Shown here in pieces: positions 1 to 11,353 of a DNA stretch of 64,000 bases. Numbering within the stretch: position 1 is the first letter of the stretch; the number at the start of each line of letters is the position of its first letter. The notes below the pieces were generated by a model, which worked only from the letters and a program-made list of their open reading frames with translations, was not told the DNA's origin and ran no database searches. The position numbers were made by a program, and so were the translations under genes. Origin of the DNA: Podarcis liolepis (taxonomy: Eukaryota); assembly GCA_965112155.1 (NCBI GenBank), contig OZ218100.1. One strand, 5' to 3'.

Positions 1-1159
1 CCTCTGTTGACTCCACATTTTGTCTATGTATTGACAAATGTAGTAGGTGGATGTAAAGGGTTTTTTAATGCACAAGGAGTGCTTTGAAAGCAAAGTTATG
101 AGGTACTGTGGTTGAGTAATGCAACAGTGTAAATGAGCTTGATTAACCTAGTATTATTTTTGAAAATACCTTCAGATTGCTATTTAAATCTATGTCATTG
201 ATTAAGGAAAACCTTGCATTACTGAGAGAACCTGGTTTGAACTCTGTTAACATGGCTTCATACTGCAGTCATTTCTGAAGATTTAAATGTTAGGAAATTG
301 TTCATCTCATTCCAGAAAATATGTCTTGAACACCATGCATTTTTTCTTGGTAAAAATAAATATTTACAAATTTACAACTTACACATCTTTAAAATGTTGA
401 ATGTTGCAGGTTTAAAAGTTCTTAACATGTTTACTCATCAGTGGCTGAAGGAAATATATGTGTTCAGAAACAAATTTTAATGCTGATCTCTTCTAGGACA
501 AAAGATTGTAGAAGTGAACTTTGGCTTATAATCCTTCTAACTGTGTGGTCTTCAGCCTTTGAAGGTTGAAAACAGTGGGCTAGGAAAGCAAGGAGGGAGA
601 AATGCATGCTAAGGTGCTGTGAGAGGAAAGCTAGCCAGATATTGGGATCCTGTTCTCAAGTGGATCATCCGATTGTGTATTGCAACATTGGTGCTCAATT
701 CCCACAAACACTTCCTTATTGCCAAAGTAAACAGCAAGCTCATGTAACATTTCTCCCAACTTTTTTTTAAAAAGAAGATCGGCTGGGGTTGGGGAGGGGA
801 AGACCGCTGGGGTGAAGAACAACGTAACCCTCTTCCCTCTGCAGGGGCCTTGCTATGTATTTAAAAGATCTGAGAGCACAATGCAGAAGCTGCCCACCCT
901 CTCTATTCATGAGAAATGGGGTCGTGTGGTGGTGGTGGGGAGCTGAATGTTCAGAAATATTCAGCTGGCACCTGCTCTTGTTTTTTAGGTGCTTTCATGG
1001 GATTTTCCAAATTACCATGTTGCTTCTGCTATTTCTTTTACTGGGCTGTGTGGCTGGACGAATTTTGATTTAAGTTTTTATTTGATCATTGTTAGTGGTT
1101 TTATAAACCGCCTCAAAGACTCAGTCACAAAAAGGCAGAATGCCTATACTTCAAACAAA

Positions 1160-1312
1160 TTTTAGACCAGGGTTCAAATCCCCACTCACCCCATGAAGCT
1201 CACCTTGGTTCAGTCACTGCCTCTCGGCCTAACCGCCAACACAGGACTGTTGTGGGAAGTAATTAAGGAGCAGGGAAAACCTTAGGAAAAAATGTGGGAT
1301 ATAAATAAGTAA
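1160..1312 (+). mobile_element. Degenerate MIR/CORE-derived tRNA SINE (Squam3-like)
   Basis: B-box GGTTCAAATCCC, core CAGTCACTGCCTCTCGGCCTAACC, tail GGGATATAAATAAGTAAATA; similar to the copy at 61583-61820. Confidence 0.7.
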
Positions 1313-2150
1313 ATATTCTCCAGGATTTGTCATTGGTCCCCTTAAGACGTACCAGGAGGGCAACTGTTGCATTAAGGGAGCCCCAACTGTTAAGGGGCAG
1401 CTGGGTCTCCTCCAGACTCCCCGATTACTGCTTCCCTTTTTCTTCAAACCATTGATTGCCATGCAAAACTTCCAGTGGCAACCCAAACAGTCAAGCAGAT
1501 TGTGGTCTTCCAACAAGATGGATGAAGAAAAAACTCTGTGGCACATTTATTCCTCCTCCTCCTGCCCAAATACACTTAAGGACTGAACCTGGCTTTTCCA
1601 CGTGCTGCTGCAGCAGAAATGCCTTCAAATACTTACAAAGTTCTTCAGCAGCTGTGCTGGTGGGCCCAGTGCTTTCCTTTATAGTGCTGGGGGTAAAGCG
1701 GTTGCAGTCACTGTTTCCACCACCATCTTCCTTATTTCTCAATGCTCCTAAGCTCTGTGGCATCTCCTGCCCCCAATATACATATCAGGAGTGAGGCCCT
1801 GATTCACTGAGAATAACAAAGTTATTTTATTTATTTACTACTCTTTATGTACCATAGTTCCTGCAAGGTGGCAAACATAGTTCTCCCACTGCCCATTTCA
1901 CCCTCACAACCACGCTGGGACCAGACAATACATTTTTTAAAAAGAGAGGACCTGGGACACTCAAAGATGACTTGTTTACCTGGGATTAACAGTGCCTGGG
2001 GTTAGTGGTAATTTCCCCACTCAAAAGTTGTCTTCTACAAGCTGTTTTTTCCATCATGGAGAACAGTGAGCTTTCACTATTTAGTTGGAAAAACAGTAGG
2101 AAGGCCATTTTGAATGGGAAACTGACCAGAGGAGAAAAAGTTAATCAGTT

Positions 2151-2151
2151 C

Positions 2152-2176
<25 letters not shown>
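2151..2176. repeat. (CCT)n microsatellite followed by a C-run
   Basis: Direct reading. Confidence 0.9.
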
Positions 2177-2184
<8 letters not shown>

Positions 2185-2440
2185 AATTCAATTGCTCTGG
2201 GTGGCAAGCTCCTATTCATGAAAATAAAAGCAGTAGCAAACTGCATCTTCTATATGGAGTCTACTTTGGCCCCAAGCTCTTGATCTGAACGAGTGTGTAT
2301 GGGATCAGTTTGCAGAATAGCAATGGTAAATGCCACTAGTGAGATAAAATCGAGGAAAGAGATTGGTTTTGTGTGTTTTTGTAACAATTCGCAGCCCTTA
2401 TCACAATATGCATTGTGATAGGCATTTCCTCTGTCTAGAG

Positions 2441-2620
2441 CAGGGGTAGTCAACCTTTTTATACCTACCGCCCACTAACGAATCTTTCTTGATGGTAAAA
2501 TTTCCTTACCGCCCACCAGTGCTCAATGGAAGGAGGATTCAGCTTGTGCCATGGAACCCCCTACCGCCCACCTAGAATCCTGAAACGCCCACTAGGTAGG
2601 GACCAGGTTGACAACCCCTG
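2441..2620. mobile_element. hAT (Charlie-like) non-autonomous DNA transposon / MITE
   Basis: TIRs CAGGGGTAGTCAACC ... GGTTGACAACCCCTG; perfect 8-bp TSD GTCTAGAG at 2433-2440 and 2621-2628 (NTCTAGAN target). Confidence 0.9.
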
Positions 2621-2765
2621 GTCTAGAGACAATAGGGAACACAATTTCATTTACTTGTTTTTAGTTGTGGTTCCTACTTTTAAAGAGTTCAATATCTATG
2701 CAGAGTTTATTGTATGAAAATTACCAGATAACAAGTCTTGATTTTTGTTTTCCCCTCTCCTTAAG

Positions 2766-2901
2766 GCTTCTGATTATGAAATTCGACAGTATGAACCAGC
2801 CAAATGGGTTTGCACATCTGTTAAAACTGTGGACTGGGATTCAGCTATCAATACTGGTTTTACTAAGCTCTTTAATTATATTAAGGGCAAGAATGAAAAA
2901 G
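2766..2901 (+). CDS. HEBP2: Heme-binding protein 2 (SOUL), coding exon 2 (136 nt, phase 0 to 1): ASDYEIRQYEPAKWVCTSVKTVDWDSAINTGFTKLFNYIKGKNEK(G)
   Basis: Pyrimidine tract plus ttaAG acceptor at 2764-2765; donor G|GTAAGG after 2901. Carries the SOUL-family motifs YEIRxY..AKWV and GFxKLxxYIxGKN. Confidence 0.96.
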
Positions 2902-3299
2902 GTAAGGTGTGTTTTGCTCTACTTGTGTTTCCCTTGAAATCAGCTTCTCTTTGGCGGGAGACAAACACTAAGCACACATTCTTCATCATCTTGAAAATAT
3001 ACCTCAGGTGTGTCTTTTTGGTGGGGGGATGGGAGAAATAGTAAAGGAGAGAATCCAAATTTCTAACTAAAAACCCAACATCCCAAAGGAATTTTAGTGT
3101 TGGAAAGCACAGGTGATGTCATCTAGTTCAGCCTTATTTCAGGTTGAGGTCCTGATCACTCTGGTGTGGATGAGAGATGCTCTTGCTTCCTTCATACCCC
3201 CTGCAATCTTAGCAATCTATTCCTGTTTTATTCCATCCTTTCTTTTGTAATGTTTTGATAATGTGTTGAGTGTAGCTAGTAATATCTTGCCTCTTGCAG

Positions 3300-3480
3300 G
3301 AATAAAGATAGACATGACCGCTCCAGTGACATGCTATGTGCAGCCAGGCGCTGGCCCGTTCTGTGAGTCCACAACAACCGTTTCTTTTTACGTGCCACCT
3401 CAACACCAGGCAAATCCACCCAAGCCATCAGAGGCAGATGTCTTCATTGAAACGAGGCCAGCAATTACTGTGTTTGTCAG
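3300..3480 (+). CDS. HEBP2: HEBP2 coding exon 3 (181 nt, phase 1 to 2): IKIDMTAPVTCYVQPGAGPFCESTTTVSFYVPPQHQANPPKPSEADVFIETRPAITVFV(R)
   Basis: ctcttgCAG acceptor; CAG|GTAAGC donor; SOUL hallmark MTAPV; phase matches exon 2. Confidence 0.96.
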
Positions 3481-4716
3481 GTAAGCATGTGTGTCTGTAA
3501 CCTGCACCAGGTGTGGAGATCTACAGCTCCCACTTTCCCTAGCCATTGGCCATGCTGGCTGAACTGTAACTCCCATCAACCCCAAGACTACCTCCGTGTG
3601 GCCAACATTTTTGTAATTTATCTTGGAAAATGTCTGCTAACTTTGACTGCCACCTTGTGGTAACTGTATTTTGTCAAGGTTTTATGTGTTTCATGAAGGT
3701 GCATATATGGGAGGTGGAAGAAACTGGAAAGAAAAACTGCTGAAATTAGAAGTTCAATAAACCTTCTTGGAGGCTTTAGTAGGGAAGATGAGCCATTTTC
3801 CCCATTAATATTTCTGCTACAGTTCTTACTGCTTTGTGGAGCTGTAAAAATCCAAACTGCCTTCAGGCGAGCCACACAGTCCTGGTGAAATGTATTTGTG
3901 TAAACAAGAGCTTTCTCCAGTGCCTTCTCGTTTCTTCTTTCCCTTAAAAGTGAGCTCAAAACTGGGGCCTGCATGTTCTTGATCACATATGTAGTGTCTG
4001 TGACATTAAAAGCTGTTTTATATATACTGAGAGGCTCTACAAAAACCTTGGAAATCGATGTCTGCATTATGAGGAGGCACTGTGATGGGAGGTTTTGTCT
4101 CCACAAATTCATATATATATGAATGAACTGGTGCCTTCATGTCGGTGCTCCATCCTGGCCCAGGTTGCAAAAGAACTGCAGTGATTTTTTTGAGACACTA
4201 GTTATTAAAATCATAACCCGCTGTGTAGACAGCTTCCATGTAGCTACACTGGTTCACACAAACATTGTGTCCAAGAAATTACTGCCCAAACTCAAGCTCA
4301 GTGGCATTGTCACAGGATCTAGCCATGCATGTGAAGTGGCTTGTAGAGTTTCCCATGTTCCCACAATGCAGGCCATATAAGTTGCTGCTGTCCTTGCCTG
4401 TAGAAGGAGATTGAGCAGTTGCCACACAGCAGCTTTCAAAATGTATACACGAGAATGTTGCGGAGCAAGAATCTTTGAATCCCTCTGCAATGAAATGGAA
4501 AGGATTCCTGTTTCCTCAACATAAATTTAGTTACATATAAATGAAATCACTGATTTGGACCATCGTAGGTAGAAAAATTTACTAATACTGGTTTATGAGT
4601 GTTGATTCCATGTGGCTTGCCTACATTTGTCTATCACGTACACAGGTGTTCTACTTAGAACATAAAACAGTAGTCTCAACACAGACAGAATCCTTTTTTT
4701 TTTTTGTTCTCAACAG

Positions 4717-4894
4717 ATCTTTTGGAGGATTTGCCAATGCTAAAAAGAACCAGGATGAAATACTGGCACTTGCTGAAAGTCTGAAGCGGGATGGAAAAAC
4801 TTTTCAAGAAAAGGTCTATTATACTGCTGGCTATGATAGTCCATTTAAATTGCTGAACAGACACAATGAAGTTTGGCTTATCAGGAAAAGCTAA
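4717..4894 (+). CDS. HEBP2: HEBP2 terminal coding exon 4: SFGGFANAKKNQDEILALAESLKRDGKTFQEKVYYTAGYDSPFKLLNRHNEVWLIRKS*
   Basis: Poly-T tract plus caaCAG acceptor; phase 2 completes Arg; C-terminal motif YxAGYxSPxxLxNRxNEVW; TAA at 4892-4894. Confidence 0.96.
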
Positions 4895-5041
4895 AACCTC
4901 AACAATTCAGATTATAGCCTTAATAACCATAAGTGTCCTTAACTAAATATATTTTCTAATATTTTCCTACTTAGCCCATTGCCTTAATATCGATCAGTGC
5001 CAATATAATACTTGTTTTGCAATGTTTATATATAACTCTAT

Positions 5042-5047
5042 AATAAA
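5042..5047 (+). terminator. HEBP2: Probable proximal poly(A) signal of HEBP2
   Basis: AATAAA about 150 nt after the stop codon. Further AATAAA hexamers lie at 6729 and 6745. Confidence 0.55.
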
Positions 5048-5284
5048 ACTTCCAAGTGGTTTACAAAAATGTAAGATGGCTGTATAGGTTGCTATAGTGT
5101 GGCTGCATGCGCAGCCATGCATCACAGTGAACATGTGACCAGACTGTCTCTTTCTGCAGGCAATTTCTCTGTCCTTATAGCTGGCTCAACTCCACTGACG
5201 TCAGTATGGGAACATTATAGCTTCTGAACTGCTATGCAGATTCCATACTCCTAAGGCACGGGTAGGAAACAAGACATAAGCAGT

Positions 5285-5437
5285 TCTCAGTTGATTAGGG
5301 TAGCAGAAGGTAGGAATGCACAGGCCCTGATCTCTGATTTTAACTAATGCACGTTGAGCACAAGATTCCTGATTGCAAAGAATTGGACTCGATTACCCTC
5401 GTAGTCCCTTCAATCTCTCCAATTCTGTGATTATATG
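5285..5437 (+). mobile_element. Degenerate tRNA-headed SINE with CR1-like 3' tail
   Basis: Same layout as 35832-35983 (AAGATTCCTG..., CCCTTC...ATTCTGTGATT). Confidence 0.55.
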
Positions 5438-7651
5438 TTCCTTTTTACTGCAGCCTTTTAAAAACAGTAGTTAAAGGGTCCATTTCAAAAGGAAGGAAGC
5501 CAGGCCTCTTCAGATGTCCTGTAATAGTTATGGCCTCAATGGCCTAATTACTAGGGCATTAAGGACCTCCATTGTTGCCCCTTCAGTAATTACTGAATCA
5601 GATTCTGGGGTAGGAAACTGATGCTTTAATGGGGAACAGGGGCTTGCTGTAACCTTTGTAATTCTTTTAATAATATTTTGTAGTTTTTTATCTATATTAC
5701 TTCTCAAAGTTACAGGAATCATTTAAAACCTTTACCATTTTGATATCTAAACTGAGACTAATTTAGATCACGCTGACATTAGTTTTAAGTTTTTGCCTTT
5801 GGGCACTTGAAAGGAGGGGGAAATGGCCCTCCAACCAATTGGAATTTGATGTGCCTGCCTTAATGTTCCTTCTCACATTATAGATACATCAAGAGATCTT
5901 TCATAGAAACCTATGTGCCATGTTGCCACAGTGAAGATGCAGTGTAGGTCAACTGGAGGGTGGTGCTGGAATAGCCACTTACATGGGCATATTTTCATGG
6001 GGAAGACAACATGTGGTGCCCATTCTCCAGTACTTTATATTAAATGGACAAACTGTGTAATTTTCAGCACATTAAAATATTCAGTTATTAGGCTTTTGAG
6101 GGCTTTTCGCCTTTGGAATTTTGTAAGGTGCTATATAATAATTTTTAAGTTGTATAAAGTGTGACTTTTGTAAAACCAAAATGTTAAATCAAATAATTGA
6201 CACTGAAAACTACCGACGCTGATGTTGCCAAAGTGTAGTGCTGCTCCTAGCAAATAGATCATACAAGTGAAGACGTATCAAAAATAATATGAAGGGGTAG
6301 TGTTTACTTGCACATTTAAGTTTTAAGCTCTGAAATGTCGCTAGCCAGAGAAGCCTTGTGTTTGTACTGAACACATAGATGAGCTTGAAAGTGGACTTGA
6401 AACCATTTGACAGGCTGTCAGTCTTTAGAAAGATATAGCATCTATGGGAACATGTGAATTAACAGGAAAGGCTGAATGTTGTTACTTTCTTATACACTTA
6501 GCTTTAAAAAAATTTTTTGCCAGTTAATGTATCTGCTAATGTGAGATGCTAATAGTATGTGCAATCTATTTACACTAGCAGCTGTGACAGATGAATGGAA
6601 AACACAATGGATGTTTTCTTAGCACCTGCTCTAACAGAAACCAGCAGCTTTGTTCAGCTGCAGAGAGAAATGCTACAAAGCTGCCTATTTCAGTGGTAAT
6701 AATATAAATAATGTGTCCCATTGTCGCCAATAAAATTTGTCATTAATAAATACAACTAATTTTTTAAAAAATAGTTTCCTTTGTTCTGAGGATATCATAA
6801 TGGTGTATTTTTCCAGCATCCATAAACATCAGGCTTTGGGAAACAAAAAGTGTTCATTTATCAATTCCCCCCTTACTTTGTAACAATTTACATGTTTTAG
6901 AACATATAGGACACAACATGAGTTGGAGGAGAGAAGAGGGGCAACTGTGTAGTTCCCTGAAAACAACCATTAGACACACTTAGGGCTGGATTCAACAAAT
7001 GCAGCACACTAGCAGAAGCCCCTGCTAGCTCAATGGGGTCTTCCTCATTCCCCCATGCCTCCCCCAATCCACTCTGAAGGATCAGCAGAACCCCCGGAAG
7101 AGTATATGGGGTGCAAAGATGGGGATGGGATCCTCCTGTTTGGCAAACAGAAATGCTTGTGCTGATGGAACGATGAGAAGAGTATGACACTGAATTCCTC
7201 CCTGAGCAAGGAGAGCAGAAAAAACGTATTGCTGTGCAGCTTAGGAAGCGGAGGCTCAGTCATGGAACTATATAGGGCATGATCCACTAAATCTAATAGC
7301 TGTGATCCAGTGGCCTCAGTTTACACACAGGGAGATACCATTCCTTTTTGAGAGAGGCACACCTAATAGGAAATCACCGTATTTGCACAAACAGCTTCTC
7401 TTGAATAGAAAACTGTTAGGGGCTTTGTATTTTGACCAGCAGGCTCAGTCGCATCTATGCCTCCTTGTGGTTGATCAATTCTTACCCCCTTTAGTAAGAC
7501 CATAAGCTTGTGTTCAGACCTACCTATTCCTCATGTTTAAGCCTGCCACAAACCCTTGCTCTGCCAGGCTAGCGTTCAGTATAACAGCACCCCCAGATTT
7601 TCAAGTGTTGCATTATTAACTCTAGCCACAAGATGACAAATGGCAGCCTTG

Positions 7652-7657
7652 TTTATT
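7652..7657 (-). terminator. NHSL1: Probable poly(A) signal of NHSL1 (3'UTR about 9166 to about 7630)
   Basis: Minus strand reads gcgtcAATAAAcaaggctgccatttgtcatcttgtgg: hexamer, then a CA, then a U/GU-rich stretch. It closes a roughly 1.5-kb AU-rich UTR-like stretch with no repeats that I could recognise. Confidence 0.55.
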
Positions 7658-9166
7658 GACGCAGTCACAGGATTGTCCCCATCCCCTTCTCGAGTTGAGT
7701 GAAGGCCACTAAAATTTATAGAACTAACAAAGAACAGAGATGGAGAGAAAAAGAGCCAAGTGTTTTTCATCAAAATAAATTATCTACATAGAGGAGGGTT
7801 GTTTTTTTCTTTAAAAAATGTAAAAATGTAAAAAGTCCAACACTGGTAGGGCAAAGGCTACCTCAAGAACTTGTATTATGTACAAACATTATAAAAACAG
7901 AAGAGTAGCAACTTATTCAAAATTCATTTTCCAAAAAACCCAACAATCCTGTGATCAAAATCACAGCTGATATTTTAGCTATCAGTTATATTCTTTACAA
8001 ATAAGAAAGTTATATATATATATCTATATATTTAAACACACTGGTAAAGACTCAATAAAATTAAGCAAAGTCTCCTAAATTGTTAAGTTTATTTTCCCAT
8101 ATCAAGGAGATGCTGACTGTAGAGAAAAAAGTAAAACTAATTGTAGTGTATTCTTTGGTAACCAAAAGTTAGCAAGTGTTTCAATATTCCAAGTGATATG
8201 TTGCTTAAAACTTTCCCATTTTGACAAATATAAGAAAAACTGGTAATTCCCAGTTTAACTGAAAAGAAAAGGGTACCATTTGCAGTTATATACTATTAAG
8301 CTCTCAAATCGAGAAGTTAATGGCCATTTGCTTATTATTATGATGCCTCACCCCATCCCAGATTTACCTACATCTTCTTTACAAATCGGCAGCCATTTAT
8401 TTTAGGTCTTCTATAGGACATCATAATTTCCATTCAAAGAAACAAATTCACCTATGAGGTCTTTTTTTCTTAAGAACTCAATAGATGGACTGTAATATAC
8501 CCACACAGCATTCACTTCTGTATTACAATAGTGCTTCTTTCCTGTTGCGTTTTTTAAAAAACAGTAATTCAGAATCTGGCCAGCCTGTTTGTTATGCTAT
8601 CATGACATGGTTAGACCAGCAGAGGACCCCCCTACACAAACTAGAAGAAACAGTGGGACAACAGCCAACACGGCTAACTACTAGGCCACATATTCTATCG
8701 TTCCCTGCTCAAAAGAGATTACTAGGTTTCATAAATATAACACTTTGAAAGCTGCTGCCACCCTGTACCACAGAAGCTCCCCATTTTCTCTGTAGGCTTA
8801 CTTTAATTTTCTACACTCTTTAAAAAAAAAAAAATCACACACAACCCAGAATCTGAAAATATTAGTTTCTTTCTTTATCTAAAGGATTTTAATGCTTTAA
8901 TGGACTGATCTGACTTAGTTCCATTTAAACTAAAAGTCACATCCATTTAAACTAAAAATCGCATCCCATCGAGCCACATAGAGGTATCAGTACTGTAGCA
9001 TCAATTACCACATTCTAAATACTTGGCGAAGTAAATTGTACTGATTAGGGCTTCCCGCTAAGTCTGGATCATTTTGTATACCTTATGAAAGCTGTGACAT
9101 CATAGTGCCTTCTTAATCCTCACCCTTTTTTCAGTTGATGGCATACATATTAAAATAATTTTGTTA

Positions 9167-9818
9167 TCAACCAGTTATCAAGTCTGGGTGAGTTGTACTG
9201 TTCTCACTGGAGCCCACATCTTCATTAATGTCCATTTCATCACTGTCAAACACATCAAATTGTTCCTCGTCTAAAGACCTACAAGTTCTGCTTTCTGCAG
9301 GTTCAAATGGTTCCACATCTCCCTCGCTGATAACAGTCATAGGGCTACTCTGGATCCTGTTTCGAACATTGTATTTGCTACTTGCAGCAGATGGTGGGGT
9401 TCGAGACCTGCCGTACCTGGCGCTGGAAAAGGACAGACTTCTTGGCATCAGGCCTTCGCTCTTGGCCCATTCTTCCTGGGCCCGTCTGCTCTTGGTAGGA
9501 GAACAACTTGTGCTGCTGTCAGTGGGGTCCCAGGAAGAATCTGCCTTGGCTCTTTGAAACCTTGGGTCTGTGTTTTTTAGCATCTCTGCTGCTGACATGC
9601 GAGAACTGGTATCTGAACGGCTCCCTTTTTTAAGCAGAAGTGCCTTGAAGTTGTCATTGCTGGTGCTACTTTTGCGAATATTTCTTTGAATTGATCCTGC
9701 CTGTTTAAGGGAAGCCAGATTTGGAGAAGCACCAGTGGGTGTAACAGGGGGTGATGGCGAATGATTTCGGGTATGATCATCCTCAGAGTCTTTGCGGCCA
9801 AGGACTTTCCTTTTGGAT
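9167..9818 (-). CDS. NHSL1: NHS-like protein 1, terminal coding exon (652 nt): (R)SKRKVLGRKDSEDD...NFKALLLKKGSRSDTSSRMSAAEMLK...HPDLITG*
   Basis: catAG acceptor at 9820-9819; phase 2 matches the previous exon; in frame with ORF 9167..9598; NHS-family motifs SKRKVLG, FKALLLKKGS, MSAAEMLK; TGA followed by TAA. Confidence 0.96.
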
Positions 9819-11167
9819 CTATGATTTTAATGTAGAAGAAAAACATAAAATCAGTATTAGCCTCTCACTTCAATGCTTTTCCTGTTTCACATATGAATAT
9901 TGTAACAAGCAAGCAGATGAATATAAGCTATTACAGAAATGAGTAGGAAGATACTGGAAACAGGAATGGTGACATTCTGATAACAGGAGTCTTGTTCTGA
10001 ACTGTATTCTCCAGTACAGAACTGAATTAATCCAATTTACTTGCAAGTTACAATATTTCATTTCTCATTAATATTTTGCAAAGCAAATATTTGAATCTTG
10101 CTAAATTGTATTTTCTTAATTAAAACAGCTTTCCAATATAGTAGCATCCTCCAAATTAATATATTCTAGCTACACTTGTCAAGGTGTTCCAAATGAAATT
10201 GCCAAAGGGCGTGAAATTAATGAAGCCTAAATGAAATCCACATGCTCTGTGGGGAGCTAGGAACATAAGAAGCATTTTACTGTATCAAAAGTAATTAGCA
10301 CATAGGACATACTATGAAGCTTCATCTAAAAGCAGTTGCATTGACCTGCAAAGAAGGGAAAGGACATCCCTTAAAAACAACAAATTAATTTGTATACAGG
10401 GGAAATCAGAAAGTGTATAGGATAAAACAAGGAGTTGGTAAGTGATTAACAAAGATGGTAAAGTACATGTAGTATTCCTTTCAAGTTAACACCAATCATA
10501 TATTAATGCCGTCCAAACACTCCCAACACATTTAAAAATGGTACTGATAATCACTTTTGAAGAAAGCCTTATGTAGATTCACAGTTTAGAAGAAAAGACT
10601 GAGCAGTATGTTCACTTGTCAGTCTCTAGGAAGAAACCTCAACCCAAGGGTCTTGGACTCTTGTGTGCCCCTTTGCCTATCCAGAGGGAGAACATAAATG
10701 GGCTAGGCTGTTCTATATTTATTTAAATGCTATATATATAACTGACCATGCAGTAAGTTTTTTTTTATAAAAGGGGGTTGCAGAGATACTGCATACAAAC
10801 AAATACTGGAAAGGGGGTAAACACTTTCCTGGGTTAAAATAAACATGCCTAAACTATTTGATGATACACATGGACATGCGTGCCTATACTGAAAATGAGT
10901 TTCCAGTAAAGTCTAGCATAGCAGTAGCCAAAATGCCCTCCAGATGTTGGAATCCAATTCCCATTATCCCTTATCATTGGCCATGTTGGATGGGGGGTGC
11001 TATGTTCATTACCCCTGGTTGGGGTACCGATAAAATCATTTTCAAACAAAATGGCCAAGCCAAAGCTGGGATTTCAAGAAAAATTAGGGGAAGGGAAGGA
11101 CCACCTTCTCCATGTTTATTTCAGTTCACTGAGAATGAGATCAACTTGTTGGTTTAAGATCACAAAA

Positions 11168-11353
11168 GGACCCCAGCTCAGTGGTAGAGCATTGGCTTTG
11201 CGTGCAGAAGGTTCCAGGTGCAAATCTTGGCATCTCCGGCTAGGCCTGAGAAGGACTCCATACTGGAACCTGGAGAGCCACTGCCAGTGTAGGCAACACT
11301 GAGCTAGATGGAACAAATATCTGACTCTGTGTGAAGCGGCTTCCTATGTTCCT
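11168..11353 (+). mobile_element. tRNA-derived SINE (second family; tail CTTCCTATGTTCCTA)
   Basis: A-box AGCTCAGTGGTAGAGC, degenerate B-box, body CACTGCCAGT...CAACACTGAGCTAGATGG. A second partial copy lies at about 35315-35463. Confidence 0.8.

Noticed and set aside
1-2765. HEBP2 exon 1
   Set aside because: No CpG island or convincing ATG-to-phase-0-donor segment resembling a SOUL N-terminus was found; it probably lies upstream of the window.
11168-11240. tRNA gene-like sequence (also 35832-35905)
   Set aside because: Degenerate B-box and stems, continuing into SINE bodies and tails; these are SINE heads.
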